A DNA stretch of 64,000 nucleotides from the NCBI GenBank assembly GCA_035084275.1, contig CM068756.1, positions 14,756,001 through 14,820,000 of the forward strand, written 5' to 3'. This document shows positions 51,748 to 63,436 of the stretch, in pieces. Source of the DNA: Hydrolagus colliei (lineage: Eukaryota). Numbering within the stretch: the first letter of the stretch is position 1; every line of letters starts with the position of its first letter. The notes under the pieces were generated by a model that was not told the origin of the DNA, searched no databases, and saw only the letters and a list, made by a program, of their open reading frames with translations. The position numbers were made by a program, and so were the translations under genes.

Positions 51748-53024
51748 TAGGAAACTAACAATCTCACTCATGGCTACATTTTCATAGGAATATTTCCATA
51801 TACTCATCAAATTAGTTGCATTGTTTGTTTTTATGTAAAATCTGGAAAATAATCAGGAAAATAATTAAGTTTTAAAGACTTGTCTACAAGACTTCCTTTC
51901 CTGAAGCAGGACGTTTGTCAATCATTCAGTCTTATTTGAGACAGTTAGTCTCAAATAATTTGAATTAGACATAATTAAATAATTGGCTATTTTAATCAAC
52001 ATCGCAAATGATTCATACAGGTAATGTCCAGTCAATCTATTTGATAATATACTGTGTGAAGCGCTTTGAGACGTGCCTACAAATGACAAGCACTGTATCA
52101 AATGCAAGTTTTCTTTTAATATAATGTCAATTTTCTATGGAAAATATTTGATACACTGATCTTGTGAAAACAATGTTTCTTTTTAAATTCGAGCAACAAC
52201 TTTCTATTATTTGCTACTATTTTTTCAGGAAAACAAACAAAGAATGTATAATACAGAACAATTGCACTTAATTAATTTTAATTATTTAATCTCCACTTGC
52301 AGTTATATAATAATAATAATCCTTGCATTTGTTATAGCGCTTTCCACATCTTATCAACGTCCCATAGTGCTTCACAGAATATACTGTAAAGTGAATTGAC
52401 TGTATATATATTTGTGGGCGATAGTGGGAGCTGCCGAAAAGTGTTGTAAACTACAGAACAACAAATATCCACAAAATAACTTGTAAACTGTTTTCAGTCT
52501 GCAGTAAAATTATTGTTTTGTTGGATAACGGATGGGTAAATCTTGACGTTAGTTCATATAAAATTGATGCCATTGGAGTTCTTGTCTTTCAAATATTTTA
52601 TCTTTAACTGTCATATTTAGTCGAAATCCAAACTGGTGCATGCCTTAATGCTTTTTTGGGTGGACACACCATAAATTATTCCAACTCTCATTCTAGGCAT
52701 GAAGCTATATTGCAGTTGAATGCCATCACGGTAAGCACAAATTGCATAAGAACATAAGAAATGTTAAATGAAAATAAACAAGGTCCCTTTAGTTCACCTT
52801 ACACCTTCCTGGCGGTCACATGCATAGATATCCCAAACTATACTACTATATCCCATTATGTTATTTCCCAAACAAATCTATGTTTGAAACTACTCTTCTG
52901 AAATCGTCTGTGGAACTACCCTTTGTATTAAATCCTATGGAGCACTGTGAGATATTCTCCCAATGTGAAAGGCGTTGTGAGGATTATAAGAACATAAGTC
53001 TCACTGTTCTATTTTCCTTTGTAG

Positions 53025-53137
53025 GTTATGATGATAAATCATATGCAATTGCAATTTCCCAATTTCCATCAAGCATGTTGCTAATGCTGCTCATGATTAT
53101 CATCATTGTGGACAATTTCAGAAGTAATCCTCTTTAA
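53025..53137 (+). pseudogene. Pseudogene F, TM exon of gene-B type (Arg replaced by Gln)
   Basis: GYDDKSYAIAISQFPSSMLLMLLMIIIIVDNFRSNPL* aligns with the gene B TM exon. Confidence 0.75.
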
Positions 53138-53750
53138 ATGTAACATATTCATTTGTTTTTAACCATTTGGTATAATTCCAAAGTGTTTACAGTTGGTAGA
53201 ATAACTGCCGGTTCAGAAATGAGCAGTGTATGATCATCGTTATTAAAATATTTTGTGACTTTCTATTAGAGTCAGATATTGTACCTTCCCTAACTACTTT
53301 ATCAGAATCCCTCATAATTTTGAGCACCTTTTTTCAATTATCCCTTAACTTTCTCTGCTCTTAGGAGAACTATTCCAATTTCTCTAATCTCTCCACATAA
53401 CTAAAGCCCTCATCCCTGAAACCATTCTGATAAATCTCACCTGCACACTCTCTGAGGAATTGATATTCCTCGTAAAGCGCAGTGCCTAGAATTAGACACA
53501 GTACCCCAGCTAAGGCCTAACCAATAACACATAAGGGTTCAGCAGAATTTTCTCACATTTGCACCCTATACCTCTATTTATGAAGCCTGACAATATTTTT
53601 TGCAAATGTCATCCAATCTAACGAACCAATCTCGTGAGCTGATGTGCACAGGAAATCAAACGTCATTGCCACTTATCTCACTCAAGCAATTGCAACCCTT
53701 CTTTTTTACAGACTAGTAAGAGCTTCAGTTGGTCTCAGTGCAAAATCAGA

Positions 53751-53805
53751 ATGTTGGCGCTTCTTGTGTTTCACCGACTATCTTTAATTGGAATCATTTC
53801 TAAAG
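53751..53805 (+). CDS. Gene E exon 1, leader MLALLVFHRLSLIGIISK-G
   Basis: ATG + 18 codons + G|GTTTGT. Confidence 0.8.
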
Positions 53806-54361
53806 GTTTGTGGTTGCACAACTCAATTTGCTGATAAATAACAAAGACGATGTATATCTTCTAGTTGTATCCATTCATATAAAATCAACAGTCAGCCTTG
53901 CTCAGTTAGACATACTGCAGTCCCTGAGTCTGAAGATTGTGGGTTCAAGTCCAATGTCTGGACGTAGAACTCTTACAATCACGGCTGACACTAAATTTCA
54001 ATGCTTGGACTATTGGAGTTGCCATGATGAGATGAAATAATGAAGGTTCTGTCTGCCTGTTCAGATAGAAGTTTACAAATTCCTTGGCCTTTTTGAAAAG
54101 AGAAGGGCGTTTCTCGCAGTTCGCTGGCCATCAAACCCCCAAAAAGGTTGGTGATTTCATATCATGGCTGTTTCTGGGACATTGCTGTATGCAAATTTAT
54201 TGCCTCATCTGCAGTATATTCCGCAAAGTCTTTGGAAAGGTGTTTGCAATATTAAGGACACAATGTCAAAGTTGATTAATTTGGTTTCTACCTTGCTCTC
54301 TGTGTGTACATCTCTTCATTGTGTTCTGTTCATAATCATTTTAAAAAATTATTTCTGATAG

Positions 54362-54676
54362 TAGCTGATGGAGCTTTGATCAAACAGTACCCCAAACACC
54401 AGGCTGTAATCAGAAGTACAGATGTCAAGTTGTACTGTGCCTTCCCTCTCCCTGATCCCAACTCGTATGTTAAAGTGCACTGGTGGAAGCAAGGCGAGAG
54501 TCGATATCTGCAACGTATGCCTGATAAGAGGAAAACATTCCGTTTTGACAGTAAATCATGCGGCCTATTTCAGCTCAATGATACCACACTTCAGGACTCT
54601 GGAGTCTATTACTGCACGCTGATTATTGATCAGAAAATGGTAGGAAATGGAACTGGATCACAGTTAACTGTATATG
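54362..54676 (+). CDS. Gene E exon 2, Ig V-set domain (DSGVYYC, GTGSQLTV)
   Basis: 315 nt; lacks the two codons VT of KVTQYP. Confidence 0.9.
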
Positions 54677-55039
54677 GTAAGTGAGAATACAAGATGTTTC
54701 AAGTGGAAAAATCTCAAAACTCTTCAACTCATTTGGATATTGTATATTCAATATTTTAGAAATGCAAATGTGGTAGTCATATGTGCATAACCAACCACGA
54801 GGTAAAAAACTAAATATATATTTTGGAGGCCAGTTGGACACCAGTAGACACTCCATTTTATTTCCATTAATGCCTTTCCACGTTTACTATATTTAGTGTC
54901 TACTATAAAGGCATACATATTCTCGGTGAACATTTCTTCCAAAAACAACAACTTCGGCAGTGTAATTTAAAAACATAAAATGCAAACAAATGCAAGTAAT
55001 GTTGTAAGATCAGATTCTGCTTCATTATTTGTTCTACAG

Positions 55040-55357
55040 TTCCTCCAGATCCGCTGAAGATAGAGCACACAACTCCTCAAAAAGATTCACCCACATCTCT
55101 GTCCCTTGTGTGCAAAACAGCTGCATTTTACCCAGAGAATCTGACCCTCACTTGGCATAAAAATGGGACTGAAATTCCAACCGGGATAATTACCACTAAA
55201 CAACAGAATACAGATGGACTTTATGAAGTTTCCAGCTCTTTGGAGGAGATACAGCCTGTCGTGATTGGGCTTGTTTATACCTGTCGGGTTTCCCATCTTA
55301 ATAACCAGACAGCAGAAATTACCTACACTGTTCCTCCTCGAGATACACAAAGAGAAG
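55040..55357 (+). CDS. Gene E exon 3, Ig C1-set domain
   Basis: 318 nt; predicted GC donor AG|GCAAGT. Confidence 0.88.
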
Positions 55358-56621
55358 GCAAGTGGATTTGTGTTAACTATTCTTTTAAAATGTTTCCTTC
55401 TTTTATTCTGCGTCTTAAAATCTAACCATTCAATTTACTTCACATAAAATGCATGTTATAACAAGTAGCAATCCTATATTTGATATAAAGAATTCAGGTC
55501 TGGAAGTTGTGTAAACACTCTTCACAGGTGACACTGTATTTGTAGGCCAATGTGGCAACCAATTTGCACACAGCAATATTCCATAAATATCTATCAAGTG
55601 AACGACTGAGATAATTTGGGGGATTATTAACCAGAGCACCATAGCAGCTTCTCTTTTCAAATCCTGCCATAGCAAGTGAATTAGTTAACTGTCTGATAAG
55701 AACATAACCTTCTATTAATCTGCACCATGGTGTATAGGTAGTGTTTGCTTCTTTTAAACTCCCTGTAATAATAAATAATAACCCTTATATTTTGTATAAG
55801 AGGCTTCCAGGTCAGGAGGATATCTCATAGCACTTCACACGATATACTATAAAGTGTAATGATTGTATTGTGTAAGTAAATACAGCAAACAACAAAATGC
55901 TACAAACAACAATAAATAAATTATAAATTGTAAATGGGGGATTCTTGGTCAGATGACAGAAACTCTTTTAAAATAGTATGATAATATCTGTCGTCCATTT
56001 GGGAACTATGAGCTTGAATAAACATCCATCGGTACCTGTCAATATGAAATATTGAAGTTTTAATGGAGAATTCATTATCTGCAAAGAACATGAAACAATA
56101 TAATTTGCCTCTGAAAATGTTAAAATCTCAGCTTTCAATATTTAATTGATAATGAATGTGAGGAGGAATTTATTCCATCCTATGCTATTTTATGGATTAA
56201 TATTATGTATTCTGTATACTTTCTCTCGTGCAATGTATACAGTTATTGCTACAGAAATATCTGCTGCATGGCTTATTACAATTCTGCTTGGTTTGGAACT
56301 GAACTCAGTGTTTCTCCTGAAACCAGAGCTGAGTTTGGGAGCTGAGCCTGTGGGCTACACACACAGGTTTCACGTTACCATAGCACAGTTTAGAATACAA
56401 ACAATACAATTAACTACGTATCTGCCCATCCCCGTCCCTCAGTAACAATAAATTAATAATTTATTTTAAAAAGGTAAACCTGAATTCGCAATCGAGGCAG
56501 GAGACAAATCATTGAAATGTCCCACAAACATGATCATGATTTCTCCTGAAATTATTAATTTCAGGTGGTTTGTATAATTATCAAAATTATGAATAATTCT
56601 CAAGTTTCTTTTTTTATGTAG

Positions 56622-56711
56622 GGAGTCGCTTTCAAAAAATACAGATTGCTGGTTTTGTTGTAGGTGGACTAGCCTTCTTGGTACTTTTGGTAATCATTGG
56701 GAAAAAGAAAG
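56622..56711 (+). CDS. Gene E exon 4, uncharged TM (QIAGFVVGGLAFLVLLVIIG-KKK)
   Basis: AG/GTAAGA, phase 1. Confidence 0.85.
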
Positions 56712-57501
56712 GTAAGAGTTCGGATTTTTTTCTGGTTAGTTGTAAATGCTTAATTCTAATATAACATTTGAATGTGTAATTGAAACATTGACACAGAATG
56801 AAAAAATGGAGAAGTAATATTTTCCCTGGCTAGGCGATAAGCTCTTCTCCAACACCGTCATGTATGGCATTACAAAATACAAGTTGTTTGTTGTTATACA
56901 AAACTGTGTTAAACTTTAGAGAGTACTGACAAGCGTTCAGAAATTTTTTTAAAAACTCACATTTCAGTAAATCAAATTGGTTGCACTTTTACCATTAGCA
57001 AATCATAGATTACAACAGCTGCGTGGAATCTGTGGGAAATGCTCTCAGAATGGATGTCAAACAGGTCTGCCCACAGAAGCATGTTTTTCACAAGTGTAGG
57101 CGTGATATTTTAAAACCATTCTTGCAAAACATAAATTCAAATATCAGGCTTTTTTACATTGAGAATGTGAGGTGAAGCACCAATAATTGTACATGATTGT
57201 TGATGGGGTAACAGAAAGAGAGCTAGATAGACAAAACACAGATTCCCAGCTACAGATGCTGGGAATCTGAAACAAAAACAAAAATTGCTGGGGAAACTCA
57301 GCAGGTCAAACAGCATCCATGGAGAAAGGAAAAAGAGTCAATGTTTCGGGTCTACAAGCCTTCGTCAGGACTGATAGATTGGGTTGGGTTTTAAAAGCTT
57401 GTATGTTTAATTATGAAAGGTGTTGCATCACTTCTACCAAAATATATTTAGAAATAGGAGAAGAGTAAATATTTTCGTGAATAAGTTTCATTTCTTTTTA
57501 G

Positions 57502-57545
57502 GATTATGCAGGAAACATAATTTATCGGACCATCATGGCAAGCAG
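57502..57545 (+). CDS. Gene E exon 5, 44-nt cytoplasmic exon (GLCRKHNLSDHHGKQ)
   Basis: AG/GTAATT. Confidence 0.82.
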
Positions 57546-58517
57546 GTAATTAAAATAATTATCCAATTTTAATTTTCATATCCGAAGTGCGATTAGTAAA
57601 ATGGAACTTTTCTTATGATTGAGAATATTGAGAATATTGAGAATGTTTTGAATGTTTCATAGCAAAACGCTTGTAGTATCCACCTTTCAAGCAAGAGAGC
57701 ACTGCTTTAATTTCTGTGCTGGGATAAACCTTAGGAGTCCTGTTGCTCAGTGGTGAGAGTAATCGTCTTACAAGCAAGCGGGATCGATTCCAGGCATGGC
57801 AAAACCTTGCACAAGTCTCTTTACTCCACATGCCTCATAATAATCCCTCAAGAAAGAAACGATAATAAATTGGTCACTTCAATCCACGACAGTTTGTGGG
57901 ACACTCTGAAGCACTCTGAGACGCTGTCCAGCGTGGAGGGTGCTATCTAAATCGAAGTTATTGTTGTTGTTGTTGATGACACTGCTGTGCGCAATTGGCT
58001 GCCGTGTTTTACGCACAAATATACAGTCAATTAGTTTTACTGGATATTCTGTGAAGTGCTTTTAGACTAAAAACATGAAATGTCAAATGCAAGGATTATT
58101 ATTAGCCACGTTTCCTAACTCCAGTCTTCTGTTTATCTAACACTAAGTAGGAACCCAGTTGTTATTTGACTGGATCACATTCAATAAATGATCCAAAATG
58201 TTTTTAAAAATTGGTCACTCAATTCCCACACATTGATGAGGCGAGTGTTTGTGATGTGTGCATTTAACTGCTGCGTTTAGCCGACAAAATGCATAACCAA
58301 TCCACTTTACAATATCTCTTGTGAAAGGCTTTGGGACATCCAAACCATATGACAGGGTGATATCTCAAATGTGGGAATTGTCATTATATTATAATGTACT
58401 GTATTTCATACAAGTCATTACTATTTCACTGTGCAATTCAGTGTGACTGGAAGCTTTTTTGAAAAAGATTCCCAAATATCTGCATAACAATTTAATGTTG
58501 CAAATTGCAATTCACAG

Positions 58518-58694
58518 GGGGTACAGGGATCAGATGTTGAGAAAGTGGCTTATGCCACACTAGAGTTGAAACGTTCCAAGAAACATTCAAGACCTAAACA
58601 TCAAGAGGAGAGGACAGTGTATGCACAGGTAGGACTGAGAAACACAAACTCCGGACATAAATCATTTATCCAAAGTCAATTATTTCTAGGGTAA
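58518..58694 (+). CDS. Gene E cassette exon 'a' with ITIM VAYATL and ITSM TVYAQV
   Basis: Phase-0 acceptor; internal donor CAG|GTAGGA at 58628/58629; read-through stop at 58694. Confidence 0.85.
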   Translation, partial: GVQGSDVEKVAYATLELKRSKKHSRPKHQEERTVYAQVGLRNTNSGHKSFIQSQLFLG

Positions 58695-59145
58695 ATAGTT
58701 CAAATTGCTTTAGTTGATATGTTTAATATTTTATACATTGCTGCATGAAATAGCTTCCCTCCTCCGATCATCGAGCATTTTATCAGATGCTGATCAGACT
58801 TCGGTTACACAGATCTTCCATTACTTAGCCATACCCATTACATGATTCTGGAGCTCAGACAGACTATAAAACCAAATAGATTGGAAAAGCCAGTATCATC
58901 TAAAAATCTATATATATTACTCCTTCAGTTTGGGCCATCACCTTCGCCAGCATTGTCAAGCGTTTCAAGTCAATCTCTTGACGTGATTGCTGCTATGTCA
59001 AAGAGAATTGTACTGTTTTTGTGGCAGAAGGATGCTGAGTTCAACAGGAGTTCTCTCCGCATGAATCGAAGATGGAGATTATAGCAAGTATTGTGTAGGT
59101 TGTTCTTAATCTTCCCATCAAGAGTGAACAAAATTGACTTTACAG

Positions 59146-59352
59146 ACCAAGCAAGGGGTTATTACCCCAAACAAGCTGACGTACGCTACTCTGGAGTTTT
59201 CGGGATCCAAGAAAACAGGAAAATGTAAACGTATTGAGAAGGATACCCAGTATGCTGAAATACAGGTGAGAAACATCAGAGAGGCAGGGGCAATATCACC
59301 GGACACATACAGTCACAATAATCAAAGTCACTTGTTAGTGTGGCCTTCATAG
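59146..59352 (+). CDS. Gene E cassette exon 'b' with ITIM LTYATL and ITSM TQYAEI
   Basis: TTTACAG acceptor, phase 0, open to stop; homologous to gene A terminal exon. Confidence 0.8.
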   Translation, partial: TKQGVITPNKLTYATLEFSGSKKTGKCKRIEKDTQYAEIQVRNIREAGAISPDTYSHNNQSHLLVWPS

Positions 59353-60419
59353 AGACTTGTTTCACATGTTCGCCTGGCTGCCCGTGTTACTCTACCTGTG
59401 TACCATCATTAGTTTCAGCCTGGCTCAGATGGTAGATCTCTCAGCTCGGGTTGGGGTCTGAGATCTATTCCCTTTTCCTTGTTTGGATGCAGAGCAATGT
59501 GCATTTTCACCAGTCTATGCATTCAGAAGTTATCTAATAGCCTCTTTAATTTTCTGTGAGTATTGCAAATATGTGCCCACTACCTAATCACTGGCCACTA
59601 CTGGGAGGTAAAAAGTATTTGTGTCACTTCATTATATTAGTGTCCATTCAACAAAATACTTAAAATTAAAAAGTATCCCTGCTTCACTTAATATTTGATT
59701 AACACGTGGCATTTCTTCTGAATATATGTTTAGCACTTACCTGGTAATATAATTATGGCTAGAAATGTTTTCACAACAACTAAAATTACCTGAATAAAAC
59801 TAGCAATACTTTATAAATGGTAGACGACAAAAACAGATGTCCTACTTATCTTCCCTATATTATTTACAGATCAATCAGGGAGCAGCCGGTAACAAGTGAA
59901 TTTGCCTCGCTCCAAGGAAATAGGAAAGCCTTATTGACAAGACTGGTGTACTGACCTATAGGTGAGGAACATAGTGCAGCAGAAGCAAACATAAGGCACC
60001 AATTGTCCCATAATGTTACAATTATAAGTTCAAAATCTGATTGTTCAAGCAAAATAGTTCTGGTTCCCTACCAGTGGAGAAATAATTATAGTAGCCCTGT
60101 GTTGCTAATCCATTAACACCTAACAAGCATAACCATAGAATTATTAGTTTAATTATTTTAATAATAATAATAATCATCCTTGCATTTGATATAGCGCTTT
60201 CCATTCTTATCAACGTACCAAAGCGCTTCACAGAATATACTGTAAAGTGAATTGACTGTATATATTTGTGGGCGAATCGCGGCAGCCAATTCCGCACAGC
60301 AGTGTCCCACAAACAGTGGTGGATTGAAATGACCAATTTTTGGAGGGATTATTATTAATTATTTTCAGATGTTTCTTGGAGAGAAACAAGTATCATAGTT
60401 AAATCTATTACTATGCAGA

Positions 60420-60720
60420 ATGTATGGGTTAACTTCAAACTTAATTAACAAAATATGGCGCAATCCTTCTTCTGCAGTGTAAATTTTCAAGTGTGGGCGT
60501 TGTGTTGTTCATGTATCTGCTAAAGTGTACCAGACAGGAAACGGCTGAGATTCCGCTTGTGTTTGTTTTGCTGCTTATGACGGTGATAATAAATGATTCC
60601 ATTACATGCTCTCACTGTCACACACCAAATATAGAGTGTGGTTCATTATTCTCATAGTTCATGCAATAATTGTTGCTCAGCTTTGATCAGTGGCTGTACT
60701 CTTAATATAACAAAGTGCAC
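60420..60720 (+). pseudogene. Decayed V-set exon remnant
   Basis: YGAILLLQCKFSSVGVVLFMYLLK...NIECG...SGCTLNI; Cys-to-end distance 229 nt versus 234 nt in gene A V. Confidence 0.45.
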
Positions 60721-61229
60721 CCGCTCACAGTTCATGTGTGAGCTCACTTTGAATATCCTTTTGTTAATAAGTTTACTGAGGTTTACTTTACTGTATCTCT
60801 CATTCGTTACTGTGCATTGGGTTCGATGCAAACTCATAGCTTTTCTGCTAAATTGTCTACACTATTCTGTCCCATAAACATTCTTTGGGTCGGGTTTTCT
60901 AAATACATCTGCTGAAGATTGGTTTAAATTTCAATGCAATTTATATGTATACAGCACATTCCACGTCACAAATGGTTTGGTAGAACTTGTGAGTGAGCTT
61001 GGGGTGAAAATGGAAAGATGTCGGAATGTACAATCACGGAGGTACGTTTTAAAATGTTCCTTAATTAAATAGAGGGAAGGGAGAGAGAAGAGATAAATGA
61101 GAAAGGCTGCATGTTCCTAAATTTAACTAAAAAAGCACAGCAGAAGTTTACATTGGATATCAATCGAGAGCCAATGTGTCCTCAGGTCTCCATATTCATA
61201 GAATTATTCCAATCTAATTAGGTTCTACA

Positions 61230-61490
61230 ACAATAATAATAATCCTTGCATTTGATATAGTGCTTTTCACATGTTCCAGATATCTCAAAGCGCTTCACAG
61301 AATATACAGTAAAGTGAATTGACTGTATATTTGTGGGCTAATTGTGCACAGCAGTGTCCCACAAACAATTGTGGATTGAAGTGACCAATTTTCTTTTTTT
61401 TTGGGTGGGGGAGGGATTATTATTAGGCGTGTAGAGTAAGGAAACTTGCCCAAGGTTTTGCCCTGACCTTCCTGGATTCTTGTGAGTTCC
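61230..61490 (-). mobile_element. tRNA/Deu-type SINE
   Basis: Homologous to the other copies. Confidence 0.75.
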
Positions 61491-61539
61491 ACTTCAAGTA
61501 TGTATATAGAAGGGGTCAACAACACCAACAATTCACACT

Positions 61540-62290
61540 TATATAATGCTCTCCAAATAGGGTAGCATTTAAGTCGCTTAAGAATGCAGAACGATGGAGG
61601 GTAGTGGGTGGGGGGGAATGCCTGGGGAGTGAGGAGGTTGGAGAGATAGGGAGGTGCCAGGCAGGCAGGAGGTGCCAGGGATTTGAACATGAGTGTGAGG
61701 ATCTTGAATTTCAACCTTTAATTTGTGGGGAGCCTGGCCAGAACTTGGGGATACGGAGGTTGGCACAGATAAGTATATGGGCAGCAGAGTTCTGAAAGAG
61801 CTGGGTTTTGGGAAAAGTGAATCTAGGGAGACCAGCAAGGAGTACATTTGAGTAATGCTGGCGGGAGCTGACAAACACATGCATGAGAGTTTTGGCTTCA
61901 GGCTATGTGGTGGTGATGGGAAAAGGAGGTCCTGATCAAGGAGCAGATGTGGTGGAGGATGAATAATGGGGAGGCTGAACCAGAGACCTAGATTGTGTAC
62001 TGGTTCAGTGATACTGAAGGAGAGTACAAGGAGGTTGAGAAACAAGTGAAAATGTTGACATGAGCCAGCGAGTATGGCTCCACATTCCATCTGCAGGAAT
62101 CCACATTCAGCTGCAGGAAGTTTGAACACATCCACGCGACAATGTCTCTCAGAAAAACTTGTAGCACATTGGTGGACTTGGAGTCCACACATGATGAAAC
62201 AAAGGAGGTTTGTTTATCATCCCCTTACAGGTGGAAATTTACCCTAGAAGGCTTTGCCAAGAGGGAGCATCTACATGAGGATTGATGTAA
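61540..62290 (-). mobile_element. Old L2 fragment
   Basis: AWMCSNFLQLNVD; KFKILTLMFKSL; paralog of 48960-49720 within the duplicated unit. Confidence 0.75.
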
Positions 62291-63436
62291 CTGTGTCTCA
62301 AATCTGTAAAGTAAATACCTGTTGATTTACTGATTACAGTGCTATCTGCTGACTTATTGAGTGTTGAAATACTAACAGTTATAGTTTCCAACAAGTCGAC
62401 AAAGCAACTTGTACGGAAGTGTGCATCTCAGGAAAAAATAAGATCTACCCTCTTCTGTGGGAAGGGAAAATGACTAACCCAGTTATTAGCGTCTTTTTTT
62501 CGCTGCAAATAACTTTTTAAATCTAATAGTTCACACCTCAACAATCTGTCCAGCCACCATTCTGTAAGATTGCTGAAGACATTGAGCTACTTGTACAACA
62601 ACAACAGCAAGCAGAACAAAATAACATTTGTTTGGTGCCTTTCATGTTGGGAGGATTTTCCTGGCGTAACACCTTGTAAAGATCCTACTGTTATAAAGAA
62701 TATTTGAAAATAGGTTAACATGCTCATTTCTAGGAAGACAGTAGCAAAAAATAACCAATTGAAAAATGCAAAGTCTGAAGGGGGGGAATAGAATCAACTA
62801 AAGAGAGAAAGGTGGTTCTTTACACAGAATACAAAATTTAAAAAAGTCATAATTTAGATTATTGAAAATTAACTATTTGAAGGATTGTTGAAGGATGTTT
62901 GAAGGATTCTTCCAGTTGTGTACTAATCATATCATTAGATACAGCGCTAATAACACAAAAGGTTGAAATGCAATTATTCTCACGTATTATTGCATATTTC
63001 AGACAGTAGGATATTGCAAGCATTTAAGAAGTTAAGAAGATCAACATGTTGGGAAAAAAAATCTTCTTTCAAACTTAGTCATAGGTGCACCTGAACCTGT
63101 CCATTTACCGTTTCAGCTGCAAAATATGAGCTCAAGTCCAAACATTGCGTTTGACCAGTGAAACCTGCTTCTCCAGAGAGAGGAGTGCTTCAAACAGAAC
63201 TGATCTTAAATCACAACTTTATCTGTCTCATATTTATCACAAAATCTTCCCTCTTAACACAAAATTTATTCTACTCTCCACCCCGTAGTAGTCATGAAAG
63301 TTAAGGGTTGCAGAGAAGAGCAACTCTGTGTCAGAAGTCACATCCAAGCAACGATTTTTGTTGGTGGATTTATGTTTCTTTCACATTGCAATAAATGAAA
63401 TGTAAAGAGGGAGGCAAATCTACAACATACATCAAG

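Noticed and set aside
58842-59084. ORF MILELRQTIKPNRLEK... and its paralog 46490-46846
   Set aside because: Lies between cassette exons within the duplicated unit, has no recognisable domain or in-phase splice sites, and its start is not conserved
3903-59352. Rearranging Ig/TCR locus
   Set aside because: Each V exon already contains its G-strand/J-like motif and ends in a splice donor. No heptamer-spacer-nonamer RSS was seen next to V exons, and each V has its own C1 and TM.
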